A stretch of 64,000 nucleotides of DNA from a virus (IMGVR_UViG_3300032300_000346:3595-67594); one strand, 5' to 3'; counted from the stretch's first letter, positions 17,825 through 27,950 are shown. Numbers and translations are program-made. Notes: generated by a model from the letters alone, not told the origin.

Positions 17825-19007
17825 ATGATTTTGCCCCTTTAGGTAACGTTGGTTTTATTTCTCCTAGATAAATGACACAAGGATGACTTGTCATCCAGTC
17901 GTTTACATAGGTATTGGGATTTACATATAAGTTATTTGTTACAACTATTTTAACATCAATATTATCTTTAAACAACCACTTAGACGGTTTATGTTCAAAT
18001 ATAAAAATTTTTCCGTCTTCAACTGGTCCACCAAGGCCGTTGTCTTTTATCCATTGATTGAGTCCAGTATTAGATTCCTTAGATTCTCTAAAACAAATTC
18101 TAATATCGGACCTTGAGATTTGACATTTTTCAGAGTCTTTTATAAAATTCTGTAACCATTGTTCTTTGTTAGACGCACGATCCAACACTATACAAATTTT
18201 GCCATCTATTTTTTTATATACATCAAACAACTTTTCGTTACTATCGATCCAAAAAACATTATTACTACTTGATGCAATTTTTTCCACAAGTTCTTGTGAT
18301 TTCGAAATAAGGTTCAAGGGAAATTGCATGGATTTTGCCAGCAGCATATCGTGGTAGATATCACCGGTTGAATTTTTTTCAAAGTATGCATCTGCATATT
18401 CATTGCTGTTTATCAAGACTAATTGATTTTCAAAAATTGTGCTGTAAGGTAGAAAATCTTCCTGGTTGGCCCATATTTCTTCCACTGATTCTACAGCTTC
18501 CAAAAAGGAATCATCTATGTCAAAATGATGTCTCTGTAAAAACTCATAAAGAGCCACAACATTAATTTCTGAAAATTTTACTTCTCTCAGTTTCTTTTCT
18601 TGGTTCCATTTCGAATGTCTAAAATGGTCTTGTGTTGTCAAAAATTCTCGGTCAAACACTTCTTTCATACTGAACGGAAATTTTAAAAATATCAAAAGTT
18701 CTCCAGTCTCGTCTTTTTCTACAAATATTTTTTTAGTAAGGTCTAGAATTCTAAACTCGTTTTTCCATACTGGATTTTCGATTTGATCAGCGTAGTCGAA
18801 ATTATATTTTTGTGCTATGGCCTTGTGTTTTTTCAATATTTTTATGATCAGTCCGGCCTGACTCTGAGTCAATAGAGACCCCGTTGATATCAACGAATAA
18901 AAATTATAAGTAGCACTCTGATCTTGGCCTGTTAAGGCAAAGCCGTGACGTACCATAAGATTATAAAATTCTAAAAAGATGTCTTCAGTGTATTCGTACG
19001 GTACCAT
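17811..19007 (-). CDS. hypothetical protein (398 aa) heading the UvsW operon
   Basis: Long ORF with consensus sigma70 promoter upstream and overlap with uvsW start. Confidence 0.7.
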   Translation of the reverse strand: MVPYEYTEDIFLEFYNLMVRHGFALTGQDQSATYNFYSLISTGSLLTQSQAGLIIKILKKHKAIAQKYNFDYADQIENPVWKNEFRILDLTKKIFVEKDETGELLIFLKFPFSMKEVFDREFLTTQDHFRHSKWNQEKKLREVKFSEINVVALYEFLQRHHFDIDDSFLEAVESVEEIWANQEDFLPYSTIFENQLVLINSNEYADAYFEKNSTGDIYHDMLLAKSMQFPLNLISKSQELVEKIASSSNNVFWIDSNEKLFDVYKKIDGKICIVLDRASNKEQWLQNFIKDSEKCQISRSDIRICFRESKESNTGLNQWIKDNGLGGPVEDGKIFIFEHKPSKWLFKDNIDVKIVVTNNLYVNPNTYVNDWMTSHPCVIYLGEIKPTLPKGAKSFDIL

Positions 19008-19013
19008 TGTTAT

Positions 19014-19042
19014 ATTATAACACCGATAATTTTAAAAATCAA
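19014..19042 (-). promoter_or_regulatory. sigma70-type promoter for 398-aa ORF/uvsW operon
   Basis: TTGATT-N17-TATAAT with extended -10 TG. Confidence 0.75.
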
Positions 19043-19893
19043 CTGTGTGCGTGTAATAGATGCTCGATGTGTGTTTGTAGTCTAAGAATCGGCATACCCT
19101 GGCCAATTTCTTCTACAGTCCATTCGCTATGACACAGTTTTAAAAACCAGTCATCTCGATCGGGCAGTTGAGGATTTTCTAAATTTTCCCATTTTTCACT
19201 GACTGGATATGCTAAACTTGAAGAATTGCAAATCACTGGAATTCCATTTAATGCGGCTTGAACTCCTGGTCCGCTGTTGTGATTTATTACACAATGATAA
19301 TTGTAGTTGATGTCAAAGTCGTCGTAGCTGCCTTGTATTTTTCTTGGTGGCTCGACCACAGCGTCTATGAATTTTTCACGAATTTGAGATCTCGGATGGG
19401 GTCTAACCACAATTTTTCTATCACTGTATTTCTTTATTTCAATAATGGTTTGCTTGACCCATTGTTCCATCGACGGCTGATCACACCATTGCAAACTAGC
19501 ACTGTGTTGGCAGGCAATTAAAATTTCTTGCCTTCGATGTTGATTCATCGGTTGCAGTGAAACACCTAAAATTTGTGGTCTTGCTAGATCTAAATCTTGT
19601 TGATTGCCAAATATGCCAAAATTGTTGATATGAGTTAGGCCTATTCGCCAGGTCACTCCTCTTTTTAGATTTCCTACCTCAATGATTATAATAGGCTTGT
19701 GATTTTTGATAGAATTTTCATAAATCAACTTATTTGGCTGCATTCTTCCCTGCCACAGTACTGACCAAATCACACAAACGTCTTCATCTTTGTCTACTAT
19801 TGAGTGTCCTAGCTTTTTTAAACCTGCAGAAAACGCCGCAAACACTGGTGTGCTGTTTAGTGCTCCATTTTCTTGATAAATTCTAAAACGCAT
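19039..19893 (-). CDS. KpsC/KpsS-like (capsule polysaccharide biosynthesis-type) GT-B protein, paralog 1
   Basis: ILIACQ...VVRPHP...VINHNSGPGVQAALNGIPV...WFLKLCHSEWTVEEI. Confidence 0.55.
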   Translation of the reverse strand: MRFRIYQENGALNSTPVFAAFSAGLKKLGHSIVDKDEDVCVIWSVLWQGRMQPNKLIYENSIKNHKPIIIIEVGNLKRGVTWRIGLTHINNFGIFGNQQDLDLARPQILGVSLQPMNQHRRQEILIACQHSASLQWCDQPSMEQWVKQTIIEIKKYSDRKIVVRPHPRSQIREKFIDAVVEPPRKIQGSYDDFDINYNYHCVINHNSGPGVQAALNGIPVICNSSSLAYPVSEKWENLENPQLPDRDDWFLKLCHSEWTVEEIGQGMPILRLQTHIEHLLHAHS

Positions 19894-19902
19894 TTTGTTT
19901 GA

Positions 19903-19924
19903 AATAAATATATGAGTATTTAAT
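19903..19924. promoter_or_regulatory. divergent late-type promoters
   Basis: AATAAATA (+, 19903-19910) and ATTAAATA (-, 19917-19924). Confidence 0.55.
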
Positions 19925-20330
19925 GAAACCTATGAACAAGTTTATTAAAAGAATTAGTAAATCAAAAAAAAATATTAGAAATATTCTAGTAGTGGGCACC
20001 GGATGGGAGAAATTATCAAATCTTTGTGATGTATATCCCAGCGTGTTTATAATTTCCACCGGGCCACAAGACTTTCGAAGAAAAAATCTCATTTACAAAG
20101 AAAGTTTTGATCAAATAGAAACATTACCAGACATAGATGCCATTGTAATAGATAGAGATCAAGATATACATGTGTCTAAATTGCTTCCGTTGCTCAATAA
20201 ATATCAATCAGTTATACTAGTTCAAGGTGTTGAGTTGTTTGCCAAGACAGAATACAAGTTTTTAAAAACATACGGATATGCTGTTACAGAAATGTTTGGA
20301 GATTCACACCTATGGAAAAAAATAAATTGA
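19923..20330 (+). CDS. hypothetical protein (135 aa)
   Basis: ORF with late-type motif AATAAATA at 19903-19910; overlaps next gene. Confidence 0.6.
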   Translation: MKPMNKFIKRISKSKKNIRNILVVGTGWEKLSNLCDVYPSVFIISTGPQDFRRKNLIYKESFDQIETLPDIDAIVIDRDQDIHVSKLLPLLNKYQSVILVQGVELFAKTEYKFLKTYGYAVTEMFGDSHLWKKIN

Positions 20331-21160
20331 AAATTGCAGTCGTAACTACCTTTCACGAGGAAGGTTTAAAAAAATATGCACAACGTATGATCAATACGTT
20401 TTGCGATAACTGGCCAGCTGAGGTTGTCCTTCATCTTTATCCCGAAATGTGTAATCCCGTAATTCGTGACCACAATCACGTTACGCTGAAACGGTTAGAA
20501 GAAGTTGAAGAATTGATGTCTTTCAAAAACACCTGGCAGAATATACCAAAAGCTAACGGCGATGTATCTGCTGACCCTGTGAGATCACTAAGAAAAGATG
20601 CCGGAAAAGGATTCAAGTGGCATGCAGTGAGATTTGCACACAAAGTCTATGCTATTTTTGACTGCGCAAAAAATACCGATGCAGATATCTTGATATGGAT
20701 GGATGCAGACACCATTTGCCATAGTCCTATCACCATGCAGGATCTATATAGAATGATTCCTACTGATAGCGAGTTATGTTATCTAGGCAGAAAAGGAAAA
20801 TATTCAGAGTGTGGACTGTACTCTATGAATCTACGATCAGCAAATGTACAGGCATTCCTGAAAGAATTTCAAAGATTTTATGATCAAGCAGAACAGGGAA
20901 TTTTTCAGTTAGCCGAGTGGCATGACAGTTTTGTTTTTGATGCTGTACGGGTGAAATTTCCGCAAATGAAGCAGTTAGACTGGGCAGCTCATCTACATGA
21001 CATTCGTCCAAAGTTAGGAAGTTCTCAAGGTGAAGGTCATCCACTAATCAATAGTGAATGGGGTGGTTGGTTAGATCATCTAAAAGGCGGTAGGAAGAAT
21101 CTTGGTAGAAGTAAACGTGAAGATCTCAAAGTTCACCGAACCGAAGCATACTGGCGCTAG
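20312..21160 (+). CDS. GT-A glycosyltransferase
   Basis: IAVVTTF, RFAHKVYA, IWMDADT (DxD), YLGR..YSECG, WHDSFVFD, LDHLKG. Confidence 0.75.
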   Translation: MEKNKLKIAVVTTFHEEGLKKYAQRMINTFCDNWPAEVVLHLYPEMCNPVIRDHNHVTLKRLEEVEELMSFKNTWQNIPKANGDVSADPVRSLRKDAGKGFKWHAVRFAHKVYAIFDCAKNTDADILIWMDADTICHSPITMQDLYRMIPTDSELCYLGRKGKYSECGLYSMNLRSANVQAFLKEFQRFYDQAEQGIFQLAEWHDSFVFDAVRVKFPQMKQLDWAAHLHDIRPKLGSSQGEGHPLINSEWGGWLDHLKGGRKNLGRSKREDLKVHRTEAYWR

Positions 21161-22080
21161 ATATATTGTTTGAAAAATTTCCAGGCTTCACCGGATCGGA
21201 GTTCGTCAAAATTCCAATGACACATACTAATTTTTTCAACCCAGGCCTGACGTTCTAATAAAGCTGGATTTTCTATATTACTTAGGTCGATATTGGCCAC
21301 TGCAACGGTTTGACTGTGTTCTGGTATTGGATCAGTTAAAAAAATTGGAATTCCTTCAATTACACTGGCTACACTAGGACTACTATTGTAAACCACTGTG
21401 GCCCAAGCATTATATAAATCTTCTTTGAGCTCGGGTTTAGTACTAAGTGAAACTGCTTTGTGATTTATCTTGAGATAGCCCATAATTTTTTTATCCCCAG
21501 GGTGCGCTCTAACAACTATTGGCCGTTGACTATACTTTCTTATTTCTAAAATAGTAGCATTCATCCATTGTATAACATCTAATCCACCCAAACTCCAGCC
21601 ACCATTGCGTTGAAGGCATAGAAGAATATGATTACAAGTTTTACGATATGGCTTTAGTGAAATATTTAAATTTTGACTAATTTTTTGCCACCTATTACAA
21701 TCAATATCTTTATCAAAATAAAATCCTGTGGTGGGAAATACTCCGTCGAAGCTATATCTTAGATAATGCCAAGGATTAGATTTATTTGAAAACAAAAAAA
21801 GACTGCTGTCTACTATTAACGATCTTTTATTTTGTTTTTTTTGCAAATTCACTGCATTTTTTCTTAATTGCAGATGCGGTGCAGATTTACCGTGGTCATG
21901 TACAAAACCTTGTATCAATGCAACATCACAAGGAACAACATTTGTTCCATAGTGTGCTACAGCGGTATCACCTATAGCTGCAACACCTTGACAAAAATAG
22001 TCTAATATTTGAGGTTTTTCTAAATTTTTGTTATTGGGCGGTATACCAGCATAATAGGCTACTGCTGTGATATTAGACAC
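21157..22080 (-). CDS. KpsC/KpsS-like GT-B protein, paralog 2
   Basis: ILLCLQ, VVRAHPGD, VVYNSSPSVASVIEGIP, ISMCHWNFDEL.SGEAW. Confidence 0.55.
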   Translation of the reverse strand: MSNITAVAYYAGIPPNNKNLEKPQILDYFCQGVAAIGDTAVAHYGTNVVPCDVALIQGFVHDHGKSAPHLQLRKNAVNLQKKQNKRSLIVDSSLFLFSNKSNPWHYLRYSFDGVFPTTGFYFDKDIDCNRWQKISQNLNISLKPYRKTCNHILLCLQRNGGWSLGGLDVIQWMNATILEIRKYSQRPIVVRAHPGDKKIMGYLKINHKAVSLSTKPELKEDLYNAWATVVYNSSPSVASVIEGIPIFLTDPIPEHSQTVAVANIDLSNIENPALLERQAWVEKISMCHWNFDELRSGEAWKFFKQYI

Positions 22081-23167
22081 TGTGATATTCCTTCACAATA
22101 TTTAATGCAGTGCCGTCCATTAACTCATCGTAAGTAAATTGGCAGTAGCTGAGCCATGCTAACCAATCTCCCAGTGGTCCGTAGTACAGGTCATTGATCT
22201 GTGCAAGATTGTTTCTAGTTACAGAATTACTCACGTGCTTGTTGAGAGTGATGGCAGGTACGCCTGCCCAGATAGATTCCACAGCACTGTTAGAATTAAT
22301 GCTAATTGTGCAATAGTAATCTCCTTGCAGCAATGTCTTATATAAACTGGTTCGAGTTTTTTTATTAACTTTGGATCTAATCTCGATAGGTCGATCTGTG
22401 TGTTTTTTTAACTCTGTTATTACAGACTTGGTCCAAGATTTTACATCGATATGCATAATATTGGCAGCAAATTCACCCGGCTCGACAATCAATATTTTGT
22501 TACCCTTTTTACACCAAGGCTTAGGAAATTCTGCAAAATTTTTCAGTCTATCTACAGGTGCAACAAATTGGTTATTAAAGTGCAAGTGGTTTCTTGTGAG
22601 CCTATGCCATTTTTTATTAGATTCAACAAAATTTGTATATCCACTATCTATAAACCAAAACGGAAGACCGTTATCAATTTTATCTATAATGATATTTTCG
22701 TTGCCTACTGTATTTCGTAATAGACAATCTTCTGCACTGTTTATGAAATCTTTCCGTCTAACCATAGTTGCTGTAGGATCAATTTGTTGTCCAACAGTTT
22801 TAATAAAATATTGTCGATTACTTTTCATATAAGAGTCAATAATATTGTTGACTCCTAATTTTTCTATTACATATTCTGTTTGTTTATGTATTTGACTAAA
22901 ATAATTTTTTCTATAGTTTTCTAAAATTGTATTGACTTTACTGCGCCATTCTGTAGTATCTGCAGTCACTCCCCTTAGCAATTTTTGTTTAAATTTATCA
23001 CGAAATTTCTCAATGTCAAATTTATGATGATTTCTTTTGTCAATGACAAAATCTATTGCTTCGGCGGTTTTTAATTCATTTAACTCAATATGAGAACAAT
23101 GATCTTTTAGATCTATAAGACTTATAAGATAGTGTGCAATTTCTTTGTCGTTTACTAGTAGTTTCAT
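22073..23167 (-). CDS. KpsC/KpsS-like GT-B protein, paralog 3
   Basis: FIDSGY, KWHR, ILIVEP, HTDRPIEIR, NSNSAVESIWAGVP, LSYCQFTYDEL.DG.A. Confidence 0.55.
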   Translation of the reverse strand: MKLLVNDKEIAHYLISLIDLKDHCSHIELNELKTAEAIDFVIDKRNHHKFDIEKFRDKFKQKLLRGVTADTTEWRSKVNTILENYRKNYFSQIHKQTEYVIEKLGVNNIIDSYMKSNRQYFIKTVGQQIDPTATMVRRKDFINSAEDCLLRNTVGNENIIIDKIDNGLPFWFIDSGYTNFVESNKKWHRLTRNHLHFNNQFVAPVDRLKNFAEFPKPWCKKGNKILIVEPGEFAANIMHIDVKSWTKSVITELKKHTDRPIEIRSKVNKKTRTSLYKTLLQGDYYCTISINSNSAVESIWAGVPAITLNKHVSNSVTRNNLAQINDLYYGPLGDWLAWLSYCQFTYDELMDGTALNIVKEYHSV

Positions 23168-23934
23168 TGGTTTAATATTTTCCAGGCTGTGCCGTTAACT
23201 ATTTCTTCATTGGTGAATTGACCATAGGACAAGGTCTTACACATCTTAGTTATATCTTCTAAGAGTGGTCTATACGGATTTTTAAGTGTAGACAGATCAG
23301 TAGATGCCAATGTGCTGGCCGCGCAAGGTACTGAAATAAATGCAGGAATACCGTATAGTACACTTTCCAAAGATGCTATACTATTAAAAGAAACAGTGGC
23401 ATAGACTCCGCTATCAAAAGCATTATAGATAGAATATCCGTGATTTCTTTCGCTTCTTGCACCCTTGACCCTAACTTCAACAGGAAGATCTGAATAAGTC
23501 TTAATTTTTTCTGTGGTTTCTACAATCCAAGCATCACAGTCTATATCATAATATCTACAGGCTTTAGGATTAGGTAATACTAACAAAATTTTCTTATTGT
23601 GATTTTTCCATCCTTGCCATACTAGTCTAGGATCTTGTTTCTGTAATTTTTCCCATCTATCAGAATCTACATTTTTAGGAAGTGAATGTTGTAGGTTGTT
23701 TTTAACTACTCTGTGCCATATTTTTTTCCCAGAAGTATTTCCTGGACTAGGAAAATTCCCCAAATAACCAGTATCTATATAATAGAAATCTCTTTGCGTT
23801 TTTTGACATTCAACTATTTCACTTTTGCTAGTTACACCACGAACTACCATAGGCTTAGAAAATTCTTCCATTTTTGTTGTACAGTAATTATTTGAACCCT
23901 GTACCAAAGCTTCTTCTAAAGATAGTTCTTTCAT
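23164..23934 (-). CDS. KpsC/KpsS-like GT-B protein, paralog 4
   Basis: YIDTGY, IWHR, ILLVLP, FNSIASLESVLYGIP, LSYGQFTNEEI.NG.AW. Confidence 0.55.
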   Translation of the reverse strand: MKELSLEEALVQGSNNYCTTKMEEFSKPMVVRGVTSKSEIVECQKTQRDFYYIDTGYLGNFPSPGNTSGKKIWHRVVKNNLQHSLPKNVDSDRWEKLQKQDPRLVWQGWKNHNKKILLVLPNPKACRYYDIDCDAWIVETTEKIKTYSDLPVEVRVKGARSERNHGYSIYNAFDSGVYATVSFNSIASLESVLYGIPAFISVPCAASTLASTDLSTLKNPYRPLLEDITKMCKTLSYGQFTNEEIVNGTAWKILNQ

Positions 23935-24722
23935 TGTGTTAATAGTTCCATTGCCTTGCCGTTTTTTAATTCTGAATTGTGAAACTGCCCGTAGGCTAGA
24001 TGACAGGCCCAGGCATATAATTTATCTTGGTCGGGGTAGTAAGGAGTCTGGATCTTACTGATATCTTGAAGACTTACTGGACTTGCTGCATTTGTAGGAG
24101 CAAGAGTAAATGCTGGAATACCATGAAATACGCTTTCTATTGCTGCAACACTGTTGAATGTTACTAGAGCAAATACATCATTATCAAGCGCCTGCTGTAA
24201 TGTGTCTGTGACAATTCTATCTATTCTTTTAGGTGCTCGCTCTCTAACTATTACTGGTCTATCAGTGTGTTCTTTGATTTTTGCAACAGTTTCATGAACC
24301 CATTGATCCTTAGTAACTCCGTAGAATTTGCAAGGTTTTTCGTCTGGCGCTGCAACCAGTATCTTTCTGCCGTCTTTTTTCCAGGGACGAAAAGTTTTAT
24401 TAAATTTCTTAAAACGATCGTCGGGTCGCGAAATAATCTCACTGTGTTGTAGATCGTTTTTTACTATACGATGCCAAAGTTTCCAACCGTTAGGATTAGA
24501 TGCAGTTCTTTCATTGCCAAAATATCCGGTGTCCATATAATAAAATGTGCGACCGTCTTTCCAGCAACGTTTCATTATTTTGTGTTTAAGAATTCCTCTT
24601 AAGATAATTGGATCTTGAGAATCTGTATAAACAAAATCATCTGTTGATACTGGTGCAGTTTTACATCCCGAGGCAAACAAGTTGATGTATTCGTCTTCGC
24701 CTTCTTTACTTAGAAAAATCAT
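23931..24722 (-). CDS. KpsC/KpsS-like GT-B protein, paralog 5
   Basis: YMDTGY, LWHR, ILVAAP, HTDRPVIVR, FNSVAAIESVFHGIP, LAYGQFHNSEL.NG.A. Confidence 0.55.
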   Translation of the reverse strand: MIFLSKEGEDEYINLFASGCKTAPVSTDDFVYTDSQDPIILRGILKHKIMKRCWKDGRTFYYMDTGYFGNERTASNPNGWKLWHRIVKNDLQHSEIISRPDDRFKKFNKTFRPWKKDGRKILVAAPDEKPCKFYGVTKDQWVHETVAKIKEHTDRPVIVRERAPKRIDRIVTDTLQQALDNDVFALVTFNSVAAIESVFHGIPAFTLAPTNAASPVSLQDISKIQTPYYPDQDKLYAWACHLAYGQFHNSELKNGKAMELLTQ

Positions 24723-25396
24723 AGATTGCGTTGTAGACAGTAATCTGTATAAATGCGTTCACGGTGCCATTCGTCTCCCATGGGAGTTGTAGCAAAGTCA
24801 TGAAAACTTGGAGTACCTAGAGTGTAATGTAACAACTTTGCATCTTGATTTGCGCCGAACTCATCAGGCAACCAGTTCCATACTTTAGGTAATTCTCCAA
24901 TCAATTCATCAGCTAGCCAAGTAAATCTATGAAGTTGTGCGCCTGTGGCAGTTTCAATAAATTCAGGAGTTACTACTTTATTTGCGGAATGACCACAGTT
25001 CCAAAGAATAACACTTGACCAATTCTTTCGAGGATAGTTTTCGTTTTTAGCACCTAGGTACTTTTCTGTCATCTTGGTTTTGTAATCGTGTTTAACTACC
25101 ATTACTGCTTTGCTGTCATCTCGGAGAGCCCATAACTTTTCAATGTCATCTCGAACTAACATATCACCATCCATAAAGATTGCCCAACCTTTGTACTCCA
25201 TTAAATGCGGAACAAGAAAGCGGCTATAGATAAACTGATTACTACCATCGGTGTGTGTCTCTTGATAATCTTGCATATTTGTCAACGCAAGTGGTGTAAA
25301 CGAAATTGATTTACTAGAATGTCTAATAATACTATTGGCACATACATGATATGCTACGGCCTCACGATGGTCATAACCGATAAAAATATTAATCAT
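24719..25396 (-). CDS. GT-A glycosyltransferase (GT8-like)
   Basis: IFIGYD, F..SRFLVP, FMDGDM, NYPRKNWSS, WNWL, LHYTLGTP; start at ATG 25396 (ATGA overlap). Confidence 0.82.
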   Translation of the reverse strand: MINIFIGYDHREAVAYHVCANSIIRHSSKSISFTPLALTNMQDYQETHTDGSNQFIYSRFLVPHLMEYKGWAIFMDGDMLVRDDIEKLWALRDDSKAVMVVKHDYKTKMTEKYLGAKNENYPRKNWSSVILWNCGHSANKVVTPEFIETATGAQLHRFTWLADELIGELPKVWNWLPDEFGANQDAKLLHYTLGTPSFHDFATTPMGDEWHRERIYTDYCLQRNL

Positions 25397-26154
25397 TTTC
25401 TTTCTATGTCCTCTTCTACACAATTTTCACCATATTGGATTTCAATAACTCGCAAGGGTTGATCTGTCTCATTACATAACTTATGCCATTGAGTTCTATT
25501 AATATGTATGTGTTGATGCCGTGTGTATTCACCTAAAAGATCCATGTCTGAGCTGTGATCTATGGTATAGACTGTGGCCGTACCTTCAGCTACAAACCAA
25601 TGTTCTGCACGGTCTTGATGACGTTGCATACTAAGGCAAGTCTTAGGATTAACAGTTAGTTCTTTGAGTTTGACATGATTGCCAACTTCATGTAATACTC
25701 GATAGTACCCCCAGGCTCTACCAGTTTTAGGGGCTTTCCATTCTTGAAGAATCCACGAACTAGAATTCTTTTTATCCTCGCCCCCTACCCCAAATACAAA
25801 TGATAGATTAGAATCCACAACATCCATTTCTGGAATGTTATCTTTGGTCCTATCGCCACCGTTGGCAAATATTAGTTCGGCATCAGGATAATGTGCTCTG
25901 GCTTGTTGAATAAAATGTTTTGCGGACCCATCATCATCATTAAAGGTATAAACTTCGTCAACCATTGATAAATTATTGATAATGCAGAGTCGTTCGTTCC
26001 ATGGCATAAAAGCTGCACCTTTTTTACGAACAAGCCAATCGTCGGAATTTAATCCGACAATTAACATGTCACCCAGAGTTTTTGCAGATTTGAAGTAGGC
26101 AATGTGCCCGGAATGTAGGGGATCAAATCCACCAGTAATTAAAACTATTTTCAT
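25393..26154 (-). CDS. cytidylyltransferase-like (HxGH) domain fused to a type II PMI-like cupin
   Basis: GGFDPLHSGH, GLNSD.WL.RKKG, ANGGDR; C-terminal WGYYRVL...SMQRHQDRAEHW...IEIQYG.EEDIER. Confidence 0.85.
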   Translation of the reverse strand: MKIVLITGGFDPLHSGHIAYFKSAKTLGDMLIVGLNSDDWLVRKKGAAFMPWNERLCIINNLSMVDEVYTFNDDDGSAKHFIQQARAHYPDAELIFANGGDRTKDNIPEMDVVDSNLSFVFGVGGEDKKNSSSWILQEWKAPKTGRAWGYYRVLHEVGNHVKLKELTVNPKTCLSMQRHQDRAEHWFVAEGTATVYTIDHSSDMDLLGEYTRHQHIHINRTQWHKLCNETDQPLRVIEIQYGENCVEEDIERK

Positions 26155-26187
26155 GCAGATATTTATCTGCGTATATAATGCAATGGT

Positions 26188-26643
26188 TCAAAGAGTGGCG
26201 TCTTCTAGACCAGCTGTACGTAGTTTTACAATATTGCTTAACTGCCACTGTTTTATGTCTAGAGCTTTAATAATGCCTAACCATTTGTTGCGTAGCAGTG
26301 CAAAATCGTTGATGATCTTTTCAAAATCTACAACGTCAGCTTCGCCTTCGACAAACTTTTCACAGTCTCTAGAGCTTAACTGACGTTGATAGGTTTCAAG
26401 ATATTTGCGAAAATGTTGACTACGAAGTCTACGAAGTTCAATATTGAGATATTCTAAAATACCTTCAATTTCTTGCAGTTGGTTAAATCGATTTTCTACA
26501 ATGCCGGGCATCTGCGCAGAGGCTTTTTCAATGTTGCCTGCTACACGGACATCTTGTTTTGCATGAATTAATTCAGCTTCATAATAAGCCACGGCATCTG
26601 GAATATTTGAAATATCTTTAGAAACACGATCATACCAATTCAT
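26188..26643 (-). CDS. uvsY: recombination mediator protein (UvsY-like)
   Basis: Helical ~150 aa protein with F.KY.E.Y.R.LSSRD.EK..GE; downstream of uvsX. Confidence 0.7.
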   Translation of the reverse strand: MNWYDRVSKDISNIPDAVAYYEAELIHAKQDVRVAGNIEKASAQMPGIVENRFNQLQEIEGILEYLNIELRRLRSQHFRKYLETYQRQLSSRDCEKFVEGEADVVDFEKIINDFALLRNKWLGIIKALDIKQWQLSNIVKLRTAGLEDATL

Positions 26644-26874
26644 TTATTCCTCATCTTCGTAGCTGTCTTCATCCTCGATGTCTTCTCCGTCGATGGCATA
26701 ATCAATTGCAGTATCAAGATATGTGTCAACGCCTTTGAGGCTGTCAAGTACACTTTCTTTGATACCATAATCTATTAGTGTATTAACAAAATCCGCTGCT
26801 ACATCTTTGCGATGTTTTTCAGGAATATGTTCCAGTACCAATGTCCAAATATCTGCAATTAAATCTTCTTTCAT
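26644..26874 (-). CDS. acidic hypothetical protein (76 aa)
   Basis: Coupled ORF between uvsX and uvsY. Confidence 0.6.
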   Translation of the reverse strand: MKEDLIADIWTLVLEHIPEKHRKDVAADFVNTLIDYGIKESVLDSLKGVDTYLDTAIDYAIDGEDIEDEDSYEDEE

Positions 26875-27950
26875 TCAGTGACCTCCAAGTCTGGTTCAAC
26901 TGTAGTAGTTATCTCAGAAGTGGAAATTTCACCGTGTTTAGAAATGTCTGCCATTGCAATGTCTAAGCCAGTCTTCTCATTCTTTTCCCATGCCTTGCGG
27001 AACTGTTTAATAATCTCACCATCTTTAGTAGTGTAGACAAGACTGTTACCTTCTTTCTTAAGCAACCCCTTAGCCTCAAACAAGTCTACCAATCCACTAT
27101 ATGGACTCATACCTGTTTCATAAGGAATCTCAACCTGTACACTTTCAAACGGTTTTGCATAACGAGTTTTCATAATCTTACAGGCTGCACGAATACCTTG
27201 AACAGTTGTAGTCTTGTTGCCGTCTGCATCAAGTTTCAATTTTAATTTACGCATAGCAACTACAATTGAACTTGCATAGATAAAACCTTGGCCGCCACTA
27301 ATCTTATCATCTGGGTCAAACATGTCTTGACTTGCGTATGTGTGATTGGTACATACCATACCGATGTTGTAGGCGCCAAACATATTAACACAGTTGCGAA
27401 CCAGTGCTGTCAGTGCCTTAGGCTTACGACCCATGTCACCTTTCATGTCGCCTGCTTGAAACTGATTAACGTCTGTAGGAGTCAACAACATACCCAAGCT
27501 GTCAATAATAAACAAGATCTTAGGACGCTCTGCCTCATCCATTGTTTTGTATTCTGCAATAAACTCTGTAATAGTTTTTGCCACATCGTCAATCATGGCC
27601 ATGTTAAGTTTCAACAACTTGTCTGGACTTGTATCAACGCCAAGAGCGTGTAACCATTTTTCATCAAGCGCATTTTCTGTATCAATCAAGATAGGATAAA
27701 TGCCCTGTGCCTGTGCGTTTTTAACTAGGTTGCCTGAACAGATAAATGATTTACCTGCACCACTTTCTCCTGCAAACACAGTTACTTTGCCTAACGGAAT
27801 ACCACGATCAAAGTATCCGCTGATAAGATAGTTTAATGCGTAGTTGTTTGTACTAACCCAGTCTGTTGGATCGTTAAAGCCAATACTTAAACCGTCAATA
27901 GATTTAGTAATTGACTTTCTAAATTTAGAAATATCAAATGCTTTTGCCAT
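26871..27950 (-). CDS. uvsX: RecA/UvsX recombinase
   Basis: AGESGAGKS, IDTENA, IIDSLG, NHTY, SGG.G..Y.SS; start at ATG 27950. Confidence 0.95.
   Translation of the reverse strand: MAKAFDISKFRKSITKSIDGLSIGFNDPTDWVSTNNYALNYLISGYFDRGIPLGKVTVFAGESGAGKSFICSGNLVKNAQAQGIYPILIDTENALDEKWLHALGVDTSPDKLLKLNMAMIDDVAKTITEFIAEYKTMDEAERPKILFIIDSLGMLLTPTDVNQFQAGDMKGDMGRKPKALTALVRNCVNMFGAYNIGMVCTNHTYASQDMFDPDDKISGGQGFIYASSIVVAMRKLKLKLDADGNKTTTVQGIRAACKIMKTRYAKPFESVQVEIPYETGMSPYSGLVDLFEAKGLLKKEGNSLVYTTKDGEIIKQFRKAWEKNEKTGLDIAMADISKHGEISTSEITTTVEPDLEVTE

Noticed and set aside
8035-26154. Interpreting the glycosyltransferase and methyltransferase islands as a DNA hypermodification system
   Set aside because: No dCMP/dUMP hydroxymethylase, thymidylate-synthase paralog or T4 alpha/beta-glucosyltransferase motif is visible here, and the islands carry late-type promoters. 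Not excluded genome-wide; needs nucleoside LC-MS.
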